Shown here: piece by piece, positions 20,992-30,689 of the stretch
How the letters are laid out: every line of letters begins with the position of its first letter
How positions within the stretch are numbered: the stretch's first letter is position 1
DNA from: a virus
Lineage: Duplodnaviria > Heunggongvirae > Uroviricota > Caudoviricetes
IMG/VR virus record: IMGVR_UViG_2690316243_000004
Reading direction: 5' to 3' (one strand)
DNA length: 42,470 bases
The notes under the pieces: model-generated
What the model was told of the DNA's origin: nothing
The model's input: only the letters and a program-made list of their open reading frames with translations
Database searches by the model: none
Position numbers and translations under genes: made by a program

Positions 20992-21268
20992 GGTTGTTGT
21001 CCTCGTTGTTCAGTCGTTGCAGCCTGCGCTGTTCCAGTAATTCAATGGCCCGCTTATCGGCGTTACAGGTTTCCAGTGCGTCCATGAGGCTGTCGCTCCA
21101 TATCCCGATGTTTCCCCATGATGGCGTCACCGGAAACGGCGGGGGAAGTACGGGGGCGGTCAGCCCTTCCGGGATGAAACGGAACGACGGCGGCGGCGCG
21201 GACGCGTTCTGCGTGCTGGTGCAACCGCTCAGTAAAGCGAGCGTCAGGAACAGCGCGGGCACATGCAT
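20978..21268 (-). CDS. Outer-membrane spanin lipoprotein (LysC/Rz1-like)
   Basis: From the internal ATG: MHVPALFLTLALLSGCTSTQ... with a signal peptide, LSGC lipobox and proline-rich body; the reading frame overlaps the i-spanin gene. Confidence 0.6.
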   Translation of the reverse strand: MHVPALFLTLALLSGCTSTQNASAPPPSFRFIPEGLTAPVLPPPFPVTPSWGNIGIWSDSLMDALETCNADKRAIELLEQRRLQRLNNEDNNHAEN

Positions 21269-21536
21269 CTGTCGTGATATCGTTGCGTAGCTGTTCACGT
21301 CGGATTTCCCCTTCCTGTTGTCGGTTCTGGCGCGCTGTCATGACGTCACGCAGTACACCGGATGCGGTGCTGATGATGGTGCCGGCCTCTTTCAGGGTCC
21401 GGCTGTAATCGTCCAGTTGCGCCTGTGTATAACGGTTGTGTCCGTCTTCCTGCCCCAGTCTGAATGTCTGCCAGAGTGTTATGGTCAGCAGCGTGAGGAC
21501 GGTCAGTGCCATCATCAGGATGTAACGCACTTTCAT
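21063..21536 (-). CDS. Inner-membrane spanin (LysB/Rz-like)
   Basis: 157 aa with an N-terminal transmembrane helix (ILMMALTVLTLLTITLW) and a charged helical periplasmic domain; directly downstream of the endolysin. Confidence 0.65.
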   Translation of the reverse strand: MKVRYILMMALTVLTLLTITLWQTFRLGQEDGHNRYTQAQLDDYSRTLKEAGTIISTASGVLRDVMTARQNRQQEGEIRREQLRNDITTDACARAVPDARFTERLHQHAERVRAAAVVPFHPGRADRPRTSPAVSGDAIMGKHRDMERQPHGRTGNL

Positions 21537-22081
21537 GACTGGCCTCCGGTGTCACGTAAGCACCATGCACGAAAATCAGTACGACGGTTAACCAGTCCCT
21601 GTGAGCGTTCGCCGCCGCTGTTCACGAAGTCAGTCAGTCTGTTGCACATGTCAGGCCAGTTGTGCGCCTGTGCATGTTTCCAGATAGTGGTGCGGTGGTA
21701 GTTACGGTTCTTATCCCTGAACCACATAAGATTTCTGCATCCAAGATTAAAGGCGGCATCTGTCATTGCCTCAAACGCGGACTGTGGCATGGCGTTGCCG
21801 CTGAAGTTCTGATTTATGCAGTTTTCTGCATGTTGCATATCATTAACCCAGCGCCCGGCGACTTCCGTTTCGGTGTACAGACGATTTTCCACATGCCCGG
21901 TCGAGCCGCACCCCACGGTCATTACCCCGGCAATATCCCGGTAAGGCGTTGCGCGACAGTCCTCCCATGTGGCAATGCGGATTTGCGCTTCCGGGCTGGT
22001 CCGGAGTTTGTGAGGGGCAATGGAGAACCCCAGCGCCACAATGGCGGCTACGGCGTAACGTTTAACGGGCAGCTTTATCAT
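21533..22081 (-). CDS. Endolysin (phage lysozyme), possibly signal-anchor-release type
   Basis: 182 aa with an N-terminal hydrophobic segment (YAVAAIVALGFSIA) and a lysozyme-like catalytic region; sits in the holin-endolysin-spanin order. Confidence 0.75.
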   Translation of the reverse strand: MIKLPVKRYAVAAIVALGFSIAPHKLRTSPEAQIRIATWEDCRATPYRDIAGVMTVGCGSTGHVENRLYTETEVAGRWVNDMQHAENCINQNFSGNAMPQSAFEAMTDAAFNLGCRNLMWFRDKNRNYHRTTIWKHAQAHNWPDMCNRLTDFVNSGGERSQGLVNRRTDFRAWCLRDTGGQS

Positions 22082-22364
22082 GTGTATCGTTATCCCGCAG
22101 AATGTTCAGAGCCTGACGCTCACTGTCGTGAAGTGGCCGTGCGTCTGACTGCGCCAGGATACTGGCGATGAGTTCATTGCGACGCTGCATGGCGGTTTCC
22201 ATCAGGCGGCGATGTCGCCAGGCATGTAATGCAGACAGAGAACCGAGTAACAACCCGGCAAGGGCGATTTTTTCACTGATGGTCATCACGCCTATTGTGG
22301 TGGCTGTGACTGATGCCCAGAAGGTGATCCAGTCACTCACCCGCTGAAAAAAACCTGTTACCAT
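22062..22364 (-). CDS. Holin (gpY-like)
   Basis: Internal ATG of the 22062-22571 ORF gives a ~100 aa protein with hydrophobic helices (FWASVTATTIGVMTI, IALAGLLLGSLSALHAW) and a charged C-terminus, immediately upstream of the endolysin. Confidence 0.55.
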   Translation of the reverse strand: MVTGFFQRVSDWITFWASVTATTIGVMTISEKIALAGLLLGSLSALHAWRHRRLMETAMQRRNELIASILAQSDARPLHDSERQALNILRDNDTHDKAAR

Positions 22365-22555
22365 AGCTGTATCATCTCTCGTTGTTTTTTCTTCTCCGGC
22401 TCCGGCATTTCCACCTCCTGTCCGGCTTCCAGAAATACCTGTCGGCAGAGTCCGGGGTTGGCATCCAGCACCTTTTCGGTGACGCCCTGCGTCGTGCCGT
22501 AGTACCGGAAACAGAGCGAATCCACGGTGTCGCCTTCCAGTGTCTTCACTTTCAT
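22358..22555 (-). CDS. Tail protein gpX-like
   Basis: 65 aa from the ATG at 22555 (MKVKTLEGDTVDSLCFRYYG...); size and position between L and the holin match P2 X. Confidence 0.6.
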   Translation of the reverse strand: MKVKTLEGDTVDSLCFRYYGTTQGVTEKVLDANPGLCRQVFLEAGQEVEMPEPEKKKQREMIQLW

Positions 22556-23058
22556 CAGCACAACTCCGCAAAGATTCGCGGGCGGCACAGAATGTCAGAG
22601 ATGGCCCAGCTCACATCGCGCCACAAATCCGATGTCTGTATATCCAGTGCGTCCGCCCGGCGGTCGCCCTTGTCCGTTGTGTCCGCATCGCGGTAACGCT
22701 CCAGAATCAGGGCGCGTGTGGCGGTATAAACAGCATTGCGCCAGTGCCAGAGATTGACGCTTTCTCCGTTAATTACAGGTGCCGGAACATCGGCCAGCGT
22801 CTGATGGCCAGCCGCCTGCTGTTCCTGCTGCCATGCTTCCAGCTCGCGGGTAACGTGTGCCACGGCCCCGGTGGCGGTATGCAGCAGGCGGGAGGTGGTC
22901 ACGCGGCCCGGCAGTCGTACCGCCAGACGCAGCTCGCGCAGCACAATATCCGGCCAGAATGCACCCGCTGAAATACGGGTATCGCCATCTTCGGTGTCGG
23001 TGATGTCGTCCTCTGCGGGTCCGGGTTCAGTTCTGGCAACCATACTCATGGGGTTCAC
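22555..23058 (-). CDS. Head completion/stabilisation protein gpL-like
   Basis: 167 aa, downstream of the terminase endonuclease subunit gene. Confidence 0.7.
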   Translation of the reverse strand: MNPMSMVARTEPGPAEDDITDTEDGDTRISAGAFWPDIVLRELRLAVRLPGRVTTSRLLHTATGAVAHVTRELEAWQQEQQAAGHQTLADVPAPVINGESVNLWHWRNAVYTATRALILERYRDADTTDKGDRRADALDIQTSDLWRDVSWAISDILCRPRIFAELC

Positions 23059-23150
23059 TCCTGAAAAAATCGGGCGGTGGGTGCGCGGTGTAAACGGTCA
23101 CGGAGCCAAACCGGAACACCGCGCACGCCGCCCGCTGACGGGGTCAGTCG

Positions 23151-23951
23151 TTAACCGCGCTTCGCCTTCTGCGTCGCGGTGGTTTTTCGTGTTGCAGGCT
23201 TCCGCGTTGTCTTTTTACTTTCGCTGCTTTCGTCCTGCGCCTGCTGTGCGCTGGCGTCTTCTGGTGCGGCTGCGGAATCGGCTTTTTTCAGGGCGCGGGA
23301 AAGGGTTGCAATCTCGCGTTTCACACCTGCGTTCTGGTTCAGATGCATCGCTTCGCGCAGCAGCTTCAGTGATGAGGCCATGCTGTCCGCATCGCTCAGG
23401 CCACGGCGGGCAAAGGCGCACGCCTTGCATAATTTGGCGCGCACTTCGTCCGGCATATCCTGGTTGGCGACAATTTCCCAAAGTGTGTCCAGTGGTTCGA
23501 TAAAGACGGACAAATCCGCGTCGGCATCCGTCCCGGCCTGCGTCAGTACCGGATTGCAGATTTCTTCGGTCAGCACTGTGGCAGCAGTACGGCCAAAGTT
23601 ATCCGGCATGATGAGGTTGTGACGGACCGCATACGCACCAATACGCAGCGCAAGCGGAAGATCGCCGCAGTCAATCGCCCACACCATCAGCGTGGCAATC
23701 ACTTCGTCCTGTTGCCCGCCGTCAGCCTCCAGCGTTCCCTCAATCCAGCCGGAAAAGTCCGGCAACAACGCTTTTTTGATGTCGGCTTTCGCGCTTCTGG
23801 CCTGTACGCCCTTAAGCCGGGCCTGTGCCAGACGCAGACGATACAGCACCTCTTCATGCGCGGTACGCGCGGCGTGGTCCACACCTTCATTCGCCCGGCC
23901 TGCGCGCTGTGCCATCACGTTCTGCCAGTGTTGCTGTGCAGGAGTAATCAT
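23151..23951 (-). CDS. Terminase endonuclease (small) subunit gpM-like
   Basis: 266 aa with a basic low-complexity C-terminus, between capsid N and L. Confidence 0.75.
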   Translation of the reverse strand: MITPAQQHWQNVMAQRAGRANEGVDHAARTAHEEVLYRLRLAQARLKGVQARSAKADIKKALLPDFSGWIEGTLEADGGQQDEVIATLMVWAIDCGDLPLALRIGAYAVRHNLIMPDNFGRTAATVLTEEICNPVLTQAGTDADADLSVFIEPLDTLWEIVANQDMPDEVRAKLCKACAFARRGLSDADSMASSLKLLREAMHLNQNAGVKREIATLSRALKKADSAAAPEDASAQQAQDESSESKKTTRKPATRKTTATQKAKRG

Positions 23952-23996
23952 TTTTTCTCTCCGTTACAGGCGGGCATGATGCCCGCCGTGAGTTGA

Positions 23997-25049
23997 TTAG
24001 CTGTCGGCGAACTTCAGGCCAGTGACCATCGCGCACTTGCCATAGTCTTCAACGACATAAGCGTCATTGATGGACTGGTAGGTGGCGATGCGGTTGTATT
24101 CCGGTTCGTCTTTCATCAGACGACGCATTGAACCTTTCTGCCAGTAAATCGACAGGTTGTTGAATGAGGTGATCAGCATCGTTGCATCCGGGAAGAACGG
24201 TGCAAGGAACACACCCAGCCCGCCAATGGTGCGCGATGACAGGATGAGCTGCCCGGCAAGTAATTCCGCATTGGGATTCTGGCCGCTGATGCTGTTCAGC
24301 ACTGGCAGACGCAGCGAGTTAAACAGGTTGCGCCCCATAATCACCACGAGGTCGTCAGCTTCCTTGTGCCATTCATCCAGCAGAGATGAGCGCGCGTCCT
24401 GTACCAGTGCATCAGGGTTCGCGTATTTACCCGCGTGCGCCACGGTGTTGTCCATGTTGCGGGAAGTCAGCGTCACGTCATTCATTACGCGCTCGCTGGC
24501 ATTGGTTCTGATGTGCTCCAGCCACCCCACGTTAACGTCCTGAAGCAGCTTGTTGGTGCTGAAGTTGGACTCATCCGCGTGAGATGTGCCGTTGAAACCG
24601 ATCATGATGCGGTCAAGTGCCACCTGTCGGGCAATCTGTGCGCTGATGCGGGACTGAAAATCGCTGTGTGCCGACCAGGCATCAAGCTGCGGATACGAAA
24701 TAAACGTGTCGTAGTTCACCTGTTCGCACTGGTATTTGCGGTTTTTCAGATCAACCACGTTATTCGGGTTACGGCGTTTTGTTCCGTCATAACTGGTATT
24801 TGTGCGTGCAATCGGTCCTGTGGTGTCCAGGAGGATTTTTTCGCCTTTCTGGTCGGTCACGCCGATCACGTTAATTTTTTTTGTAAGTTCGGTGCTATCC
24901 TTTGAGGCGTTTTCAAAACGTTGCTGCACCGCAGGTTCCACGGTAAATCGCGATACCAGTGCAGAAACCGGGATATTGTTAAGCGACGCCTGCTGCGCCA
25001 TATAGCAACCCAGCTTGTTGCGGGTAATATCTGACATCACCAGATTCAT
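23997..25049 (-). CDS. Major capsid protein gpN-like
   Basis: 350 aa, between scaffold O and M; size matches P2 N. Confidence 0.85.
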   Translation of the reverse strand: MNLVMSDITRNKLGCYMAQQASLNNIPVSALVSRFTVEPAVQQRFENASKDSTELTKKINVIGVTDQKGEKILLDTTGPIARTNTSYDGTKRRNPNNVVDLKNRKYQCEQVNYDTFISYPQLDAWSAHSDFQSRISAQIARQVALDRIMIGFNGTSHADESNFSTNKLLQDVNVGWLEHIRTNASERVMNDVTLTSRNMDNTVAHAGKYANPDALVQDARSSLLDEWHKEADDLVVIMGRNLFNSLRLPVLNSISGQNPNAELLAGQLILSSRTIGGLGVFLAPFFPDATMLITSFNNLSIYWQKGSMRRLMKDEPEYNRIATYQSINDAYVVEDYGKCAMVTGLKFADS

Positions 25050-25072
25050 AAAAAATTTGCTCCTTTGTCTTA

Positions 25073-25942
25073 TCAGAAGTCAGCCAGCTGGTCGGAGGCT
25101 GCGCCCGTTGCGGTGAACCGGTTCTGCGGATCGCCGTCCTGCGTGCGCAGTTTTTCCTTCAGTGCTGTCAGCTCCGTGGTCAGTAAAGTGATTTTCTGGC
25201 TGTCCTGCTGATGGCGTGTTTCCAGCGCATTAAAACGGTCGATAATGTCGGCCTGTGACGTTGCGACGCTTTCCACCGCTTCCTGAATACGGGAGAAACT
25301 GGCGTCATCCGCTTTGCGGCCACGACCAATAATCCCCATTACGCGGTTAAACCACTGGGTGCCTTCTTCCTGGCGTTGTTCTGCCATTTCGATGATTTCA
25401 GACTCGATGGCTTCGGAGATAAGCGGTGCTTCACCCTGGATACTGTTGAACGTCATCACCGCCTGACGTTGCTGTGCCGTGAATTTCAGGCGCTCAGTGC
25501 CCAGGCTTGCCGGGGTGTCGGTCATCGCCAGCCCGACCAGATAGGCGCGCCCGTTAACGGAGAACTGCGGGTGCAGTTCGATACTGGAATAGATTTTCTT
25601 GCCGTCCGCGACAAGCTGCTTCATGCGCTCGGTCGGTTCGATTTCTGCATACAGCGCAGTACGTCCGGCCAGCGGACCTTCCGTAATGTCTTCCGTACTC
25701 AGTGCGGTGACATCGCCCATTGCGGAAAATTCGCTTGACGGGCATGGCGAGAGATAGTGCTCAACGTTCACGCGGGCAGCGTAAACATCCGGGTTGAAGT
25801 TCTCGGCGGCTTCACGCAGATGCACCGGACTGATTTCACGGCCATCAACAGTTGATCCGGAGACAGCCACGCGAAACTTTTTGCGGGATGTCTTTTTTTC
25901 ATTAGCCATAGTTTTTGCCCCTCTGACTGGTTCTTCAGTCAT
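25073..25942 (-). CDS. Capsid scaffolding protein gpO-like
   Basis: 289 aa, divergent from terminase P as in P2. Confidence 0.8.
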   Translation of the reverse strand: MTEEPVRGAKTMANEKKTSRKKFRVAVSGSTVDGREISPVHLREAAENFNPDVYAARVNVEHYLSPCPSSEFSAMGDVTALSTEDITEGPLAGRTALYAEIEPTERMKQLVADGKKIYSSIELHPQFSVNGRAYLVGLAMTDTPASLGTERLKFTAQQRQAVMTFNSIQGEAPLISEAIESEIIEMAEQRQEEGTQWFNRVMGIIGRGRKADDASFSRIQEAVESVATSQADIIDRFNALETRHQQDSQKITLLTTELTALKEKLRTQDGDPQNRFTATGAASDQLADF

Positions 25943-26063
25943 GATGGCAAAGCGTAACAGGCTGATACAAAGGGCTTTTGTTGTAAGAAAACGGCCAGAA
26001 CAGGGGGTTAAGGAGAACGGTTTCGCGCGCGGGTAATCTTCCTGTAATTACTCAGGGGGAGCA

Positions 26064-27815
26064 ATGATTCAGGACGCTTTTGTGCGCCAGCGTGCGCGGC
26101 AACTTTACTGGCAGGGTTATCCGCCCGCAGAAATATCACGTCTGATGGGAATAAACCCGAACACGATTTATGCGTGGAAAAAACGCGACCAGTGGGATGA
26201 AACGCCACCCGTGCAGCGTGTCACGCAGTCCATCGATGCGCGCCTCATCCAGCTTACTGAAAAACAGAATAAAACAGGTGGTGACTTTAAGGAAATAGAC
26301 CTGCTGACCCGGCAGCTTAAAAAACTGCATGATGGCCAGCCGGATGCGACGGCCACAGGAAAGAAAGGCCGGGCGAAAAAACTCAAAAATCATTTCACGC
26401 CGGAACAGATTGCCGCACTGCGGGAAAAAATCATCAGCAGGCTGGAGTGGCATCAGCGGGGCTGGTTTGACTCCCTGACGCTTTGCAGGGAAGCCGGGAT
26501 ACGTAACAGGATGATCCTGAAATCCCGACAGATTGGGGCGACCTGGTATTTTGCACAGGAAGCACTGCTGATGGCGCTGCGTGACGATGTGGCACAACCT
26601 TACCAGCGTAACCAGATTTTTTTGTCTGCGTCGCGTCGTCAGGCGTTCCAGTTTAAAAGCATTATTCAGAAGGCCGCGGCTGAAGTCGATGTGGAGCTGA
26701 AAGGGGGCGATAAAATCATCCTCTCCAACGGCGCAGAGATGCATTTTCTCGGCACTTCTGCTGCGACGGCGCAATCTTACACGGGCAATTTTTATTTTGA
26801 TGAATTTTTCTGGGTCAGTCGCTTTGCTGAACTGCGCAAGGTGGCTGGCGCTATGGCAACCCTCAGCGGACTGCGGCGCACCTGCTTCTCCACGCCATCC
26901 ACCGAAACGCACGAGGCATACGCCTACTGGAACGGCGACCGCTGGAACGAGAAAAAGGCCGCGCATAAACGCCAGCGTTTTTCTGTGGACTGGAAAACGC
27001 TGCATAACGGGCTTATCTGCCCTGACCGGACGTGGCGGCAAATTGTCACGCTGGAAGATGTGGTTAATCACGGCTGGAAACACACCGATATTGATGAAAT
27101 TCGTGATGAAAACACCGAAGACGAGTTCCGCAATCTCTATATGTGTGAGTTTGTCCGCGAAGGGGAATCGGCATTTAACCTGAATATCCTGATTGGCTGC
27201 GGTGTTGACGGATACGACGACTGGAAAGACTGGAAACCCTTTGCCCCCCGCCCGATGGGGAATCGTCCGGTATGGATTGGGTATGACGCAAACGGCAGCA
27301 GTGGTAACGGCGACAGCGGCGCTGTGTCCGTGGTGGTTCCTCCGGCTGTTCCTGGTGGTCGTTTCAGAACGGTGGAGACGCGACGCGTTCAGGGGCTGGA
27401 ATTTGAAGAGCAGGCCAGAGTTATTGAAGAGTTCACGTATCGCTACAACGTGGAACACATCGGCATTGATGCGACGGGCGGGCACGGGGATGCCGTCTAT
27501 CAGATAGTGAAACGGTTTTTTCCCGCCGCCATCCCTTACACCTTCACGCTGTCATCAAAACGGTCGCTGGTACTGAAAATGCTGCAAATAATGCGTGCCG
27601 GGCGGTGGGAATACGATCGCGCCGAACGCGAGCTGGTTGCGGCCTTTAACGCCGTGCGTAAGGTGAAAACACCGGGCGGTTTTATCACTTACGAAACGGA
27701 CCGCGCGAGGGGGATCAGCCACGGCGACCTTGCGTGGGCAACCATGCTTGCTGTCATTAACGAACCGATTGGCGGCGAAGGAGAAAACGAGCGTTTCACG
27801 GTTATGGAGTTCTGA
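26064..27815 (+). CDS. Terminase ATPase (large) subunit gpP-like
   Basis: 583 aa, divergent from O and followed directly by the portal gene, reading towards the presumed cos region. Confidence 0.85.
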   Translation: MIQDAFVRQRARQLYWQGYPPAEISRLMGINPNTIYAWKKRDQWDETPPVQRVTQSIDARLIQLTEKQNKTGGDFKEIDLLTRQLKKLHDGQPDATATGKKGRAKKLKNHFTPEQIAALREKIISRLEWHQRGWFDSLTLCREAGIRNRMILKSRQIGATWYFAQEALLMALRDDVAQPYQRNQIFLSASRRQAFQFKSIIQKAAAEVDVELKGGDKIILSNGAEMHFLGTSAATAQSYTGNFYFDEFFWVSRFAELRKVAGAMATLSGLRRTCFSTPSTETHEAYAYWNGDRWNEKKAAHKRQRFSVDWKTLHNGLICPDRTWRQIVTLEDVVNHGWKHTDIDEIRDENTEDEFRNLYMCEFVREGESAFNLNILIGCGVDGYDDWKDWKPFAPRPMGNRPVWIGYDANGSSGNGDSGAVSVVVPPAVPGGRFRTVETRRVQGLEFEEQARVIEEFTYRYNVEHIGIDATGGHGDAVYQIVKRFFPAAIPYTFTLSSKRSLVLKMLQIMRAGRWEYDRAERELVAAFNAVRKVKTPGGFITYETDRARGISHGDLAWATMLAVINEPIGGEGENERFTVMEF

Positions 27816-28861
27816 TGAGCAGAAAAAATAAAAAAGTGCGCATGAGTTCACGCATTGATCTCGCTGATGCGCTCAGGAAAGAATCGTCGCTCAGTGCATT
27901 CACATTTGATGGTCCTTACCGCCTGACCGGGCATGACCTGCTGGACAATATGTACTGTGCTGATAACGGGCGGTGGTATGAAACCCCGGTGGACTGGTAC
28001 GGTCTGGCAAGAGCTGCCCGGCAAACGTCCTGGCATCAGTCTGCGCTTTACTTTAAGCGCAATGTATTGCTCGGCTGCTATATTCCGCACCCGCTGCTTT
28101 CCCGGCAGGATTTCTCGGCGCTGGCGCTGGACTGGTTTGTGTTCGGTAACGCATTCCTTGAGCTTCGGAGCAATATGCTCGGCGAACCGCTTAAATTACG
28201 GCACGCCCTGGCGAAATACATGCGACGCGGAAGCGATCTTGAATCATGGTGGTATGTGCAGGATGGCAAGGATGCGTTTCAGTTTCGTCCTGGCAAAGTG
28301 TGCCACCTGATGAATCCGGATATTAACCAGGAAATCTACGGCATGCCGGAATATCTTGGCGCATTACTCTCGGCCAGCCTTTCTCATTCGGCGGACATGT
28401 TCAGAAAACTGTACTACGACAACGGATCCCACGCCGGGTGCATCATCTACATCGGTGCAGCGCAGGTAAACCGCGAAAGCATGGACTCCCTGAAAGAAAC
28501 GCTACAGGGGGCACGTGGTGGTGGTGCGTTTAAAAACGTGCTCATTCATGCGCCCAACGGGGGCAAAGAGGGGGTGCAAATTTTGCCGTTCCAGCAGATC
28601 ACCGCAAAGGATGAGTTCATGAATGTTAAGGCGGCATCCCGTGATGATGTGCTGGCTGCGCACCGCGTTCCGCCGCAACTGATGGGGGCGATGCCGGGCG
28701 AAAAAAGTGCGTTTGGTGATGTGGAGAAGGCCGCGCGGGTTTACGCAATTAACGAGCTGATGCCCGTCATGGAGGCCATGAAGCACATCAATGACTGGCT
28801 TGGCGAAGAGGTGATCCGCTTTAACCCTTACGCACTGTTAGACACCCAGCCCACATCCTGA
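27815..28861 (+). CDS. Portal (capsid vertex) protein gpQ-like
   Basis: 348 aa, start overlaps the terminase stop; size matches P2 Q. Confidence 0.85.
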   Translation: MSRKNKKVRMSSRIDLADALRKESSLSAFTFDGPYRLTGHDLLDNMYCADNGRWYETPVDWYGLARAARQTSWHQSALYFKRNVLLGCYIPHPLLSRQDFSALALDWFVFGNAFLELRSNMLGEPLKLRHALAKYMRRGSDLESWWYVQDGKDAFQFRPGKVCHLMNPDINQEIYGMPEYLGALLSASLSHSADMFRKLYYDNGSHAGCIIYIGAAQVNRESMDSLKETLQGARGGGAFKNVLIHAPNGGKEGVQILPFQQITAKDEFMNVKAASRDDVLAAHRVPPQLMGAMPGEKSAFGDVEKAARVYAINELMPVMEAMKHINDWLGEEVIRFNPYALLDTQPTS

Positions 28862-29352
28862 CGCGCTTCGCTTGTCTGCTGCTTCGCCGGGGCATAAAAA
28901 ATTTATGCCCCGACTCTCCAGCTCCTGTATCAGTCAGATAATTTCACGACGCTTTCCTGCTGATTGCCATCATCGACAGTCAGACTCTTACGCAATCCCA
29001 CCTCGTTGACTGCATATTCTCGCCGTCTCAGTGCGATTTTGACGGCCTTACCTTTCACCCCATCAAATCAAAAGCCCTCACGTCTTTTTCACGCTCAGCG
29101 TGAGAAATACAGCCATTCTGTTGTATCTCTGCGACATCGTTCAGGGAATGCTATTTACCCCCTGAAACGCGGGCTGTTCCCCCGTCACCTGCGCGCAGAA
29201 AAAACGCGTTTTTTTGTGCATGCACGGATCCTTGACGGATCCAGCCGCCACGCGGGCCGGAAGGGCAAAAAGTCGTTCAAAAAAATTGTGCAAATTTGTG
29301 CACTATTGTGCATTTATAAAATCAACTAAAAAACACCTAGTGTGACTTACCT
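28862..29352. promoter_or_regulatory. Non-coding region where P2-type genomes place cos; contains hairpins and phased TTGTGCA repeats
   Basis: No convincing ORF. Inverted repeats at 28891-28913 and 29086-29107, and three TTGTGCA motifs about 10.5 bp apart at 29288-29315. The 19-nt cos sequence itself was not identified. Confidence 0.3.
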
Positions 29353-29538
29353 CTACCACTCGATCGGCACGTAGTCATTAAGTTCCGGAGACCAATTGCA
29401 CTTTTCACATCTGTGTTTTCCATTCTGGCAGATACATAAACGATAACGGCCACAATGCGGGCACCCATTTTCACCATTATCATAATCACCGAGCGACCAT
29501 TCCTGCATAAGCAGCTCTTCTTCATCATCATTTAGCAT
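29353..29538 (-). CDS. Small cysteine-rich (zinc-binding type) protein, function unknown
   Basis: 61 aa with an acidic N-terminus and CPHCGRYRLCICQNGKHRCEKC; AAGGGGGA ribosome-binding site before the ATG; last gene of the cargo operon. Confidence 0.5.
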   Translation of the reverse strand: MLNDDEEELLMQEWSLGDYDNGENGCPHCGRYRLCICQNGKHRCEKCNWSPELNDYVPIEW

Positions 29539-29552
29539 TAATCCCCCTTGAG

Positions 29553-29792
29553 CTATTTACTCTTCTCGGCCCTCAAAATCATACGAGAACCATCATCCAG
29601 CTCCCAATTAATTTCACCGCCTTCTGCCATGACTAGATGCCAAACGAGTTGAGCGGCCTCGTTGGTTACATCGCGACCGCGATCATTTCCTACGCGGCGT
29701 TTTGTTCCGTCTCCTAAGTCACGCATTTTTGCCAATACGATGGTTTTTGATAGCGGTGAAAAACCAAGCTGTAGTCGTGCTGAATTACTCAC
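29553..29792 (-). CDS. Hypothetical protein, 79 aa
   Basis: GTG start overlapping the stop of the upstream gene (GTGA); no recognisable motif. Confidence 0.45.
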   Translation of the reverse strand: MSNSARLQLGFSPLSKTIVLAKMRDLGDGTKRRVGNDRGRDVTNEAAQLVWHLVMAEGGEINWELDDGSRMILRAEKSK

Positions 29793-30313
29793 TGGCTGCC
29801 CCCTTTGTACTGTGTTAACTCTTCCTGCTCCTGCATCATGCGATTGACCTGAACGCGTGTGCGTCGAACGGCAAAATTAAATTGAAACATGAGCCGGAAC
29901 ATTTCTGATGCTTCCGTGTGAGCATCACGGATAGGTGACAGGCGGTACAGTTCTGCCTCCGTAGCTTGTTGAATCAATGACAGATCAAATTGAAGTGCGG
30001 GTCTGGTACATTTTGCACATCTGGCAGCAAGCTCCGGTATTAGTCTCTTAACGAAGGTGTTTTGCACCGCTTTGTTGATTTGTGTCTGCATCCAAATCGC
30101 AAATTTCAGCGAACGCATAAGTTTGATAGCCTCGGGCAGCGGCAGATAGATCATGCTGGTAGATTTGGGTGGTTGGTGAACCATCTTCACGGATACGCGA
30201 TTTCGCAGCGTTCGGAAAATCGTGTTCCCAACAACAGCTTCTACGGATACAGGACAGGGAGCCAGACCAGCCCGCAGTGCTTCTTTCATTAGCATGTATT
30301 CGTATTTTTTCAT
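29789..30313 (-). CDS. Hypothetical protein, 174 aa
   Basis: GAGGAAAA ribosome-binding site before the ATG; no recognisable motif; stop-start coupled to the next gene. Confidence 0.5.
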   Translation of the reverse strand: MKKYEYMLMKEALRAGLAPCPVSVEAVVGNTIFRTLRNRVSVKMVHQPPKSTSMIYLPLPEAIKLMRSLKFAIWMQTQINKAVQNTFVKRLIPELAARCAKCTRPALQFDLSLIQQATEAELYRLSPIRDAHTEASEMFRLMFQFNFAVRRTRVQVNRMMQEQEELTQYKGGSQ

Positions 30314-30373
30314 CGTGTTTTCCTCGTGCGGGGCGACAGTGCACCCCGATAAAATTAAAAGCCGTCAAATTCG

Positions 30374-30685
30374 TCATTCAGGAAATAATGCCCGGATATT
30401 CCCTGCTATCTGACTGGTTATCTGTGCGGTTGGTACTGGCTGTGGCACGGGGCGTTCTGTCCTGGTTTGTGTCACCGATAACGCCTCATCGTCAGCCCAT
30501 GCAGCCAGTCGGTAAGCCTCTGCTGGATTCATTTTCAGAAGTGCCAGCCCGGCCAGAAAAGCCACGCGTTGGCCGCTTTTGCGGGCTTCTGGTGTAAGGC
30601 TGCCCAGCCAGGCGCATGCTTCGCTTTCGTTCTTGACGGCCGCAGGCTTCAGATAGAAACTTATCCGTCTGGTTGGTGTCGTCAT
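30374..30685 (-). CDS. ParR-like centromere-binding adaptor
   Basis: About 103 aa from the internal ATG preceded by AAGGAG. The segment SGQRVAFLAGLALLKMNPAEAYRLAAWA resembles the remembered plasmid R1 ParR core (RAALTAGLALYRQDP) and sits directly after the ParM-like gene. Confidence 0.5.
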   Translation of the reverse strand: MTTPTRRISFYLKPAAVKNESEACAWLGSLTPEARKSGQRVAFLAGLALLKMNPAEAYRLAAWADDEALSVTQTRTERPVPQPVPTAQITSQIAGNIRALFPE

Positions 30686-30689
30686 TGGT

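Noticed and set aside
25943-26063. Ogr-type late promoter site (TGT-N12-ACA) between the divergent O and P genes
   Set aside because: No exact TGT-N12-ACA dyad found by manual scanning; a promoter is expected here but cannot be pinned down without a proper motif search.
26136-27485. 449 aa minus-strand ORF
   Set aside because: Lies entirely antisense within the terminase large-subunit gene, whose plus-strand product is the conserved one.
28964-29329. 121 aa plus-strand ORF in the portal-to-cargo intergenic region
   Set aside because: No ribosome-binding site, overlaps hairpins and repeats, and occupies the position expected for cos; treated as non-coding.
29353-29538. Small cysteine-rich protein as the Ogr late activator
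   Set aside because: Cysteine spacing (C-x2-C-x6-C-x-C-x6-C-x2-C) differs from the Ogr/Delta pattern (C-x2-C-x22-C-x4-C) as recalled, and it lies in the cargo operon rather than after D.
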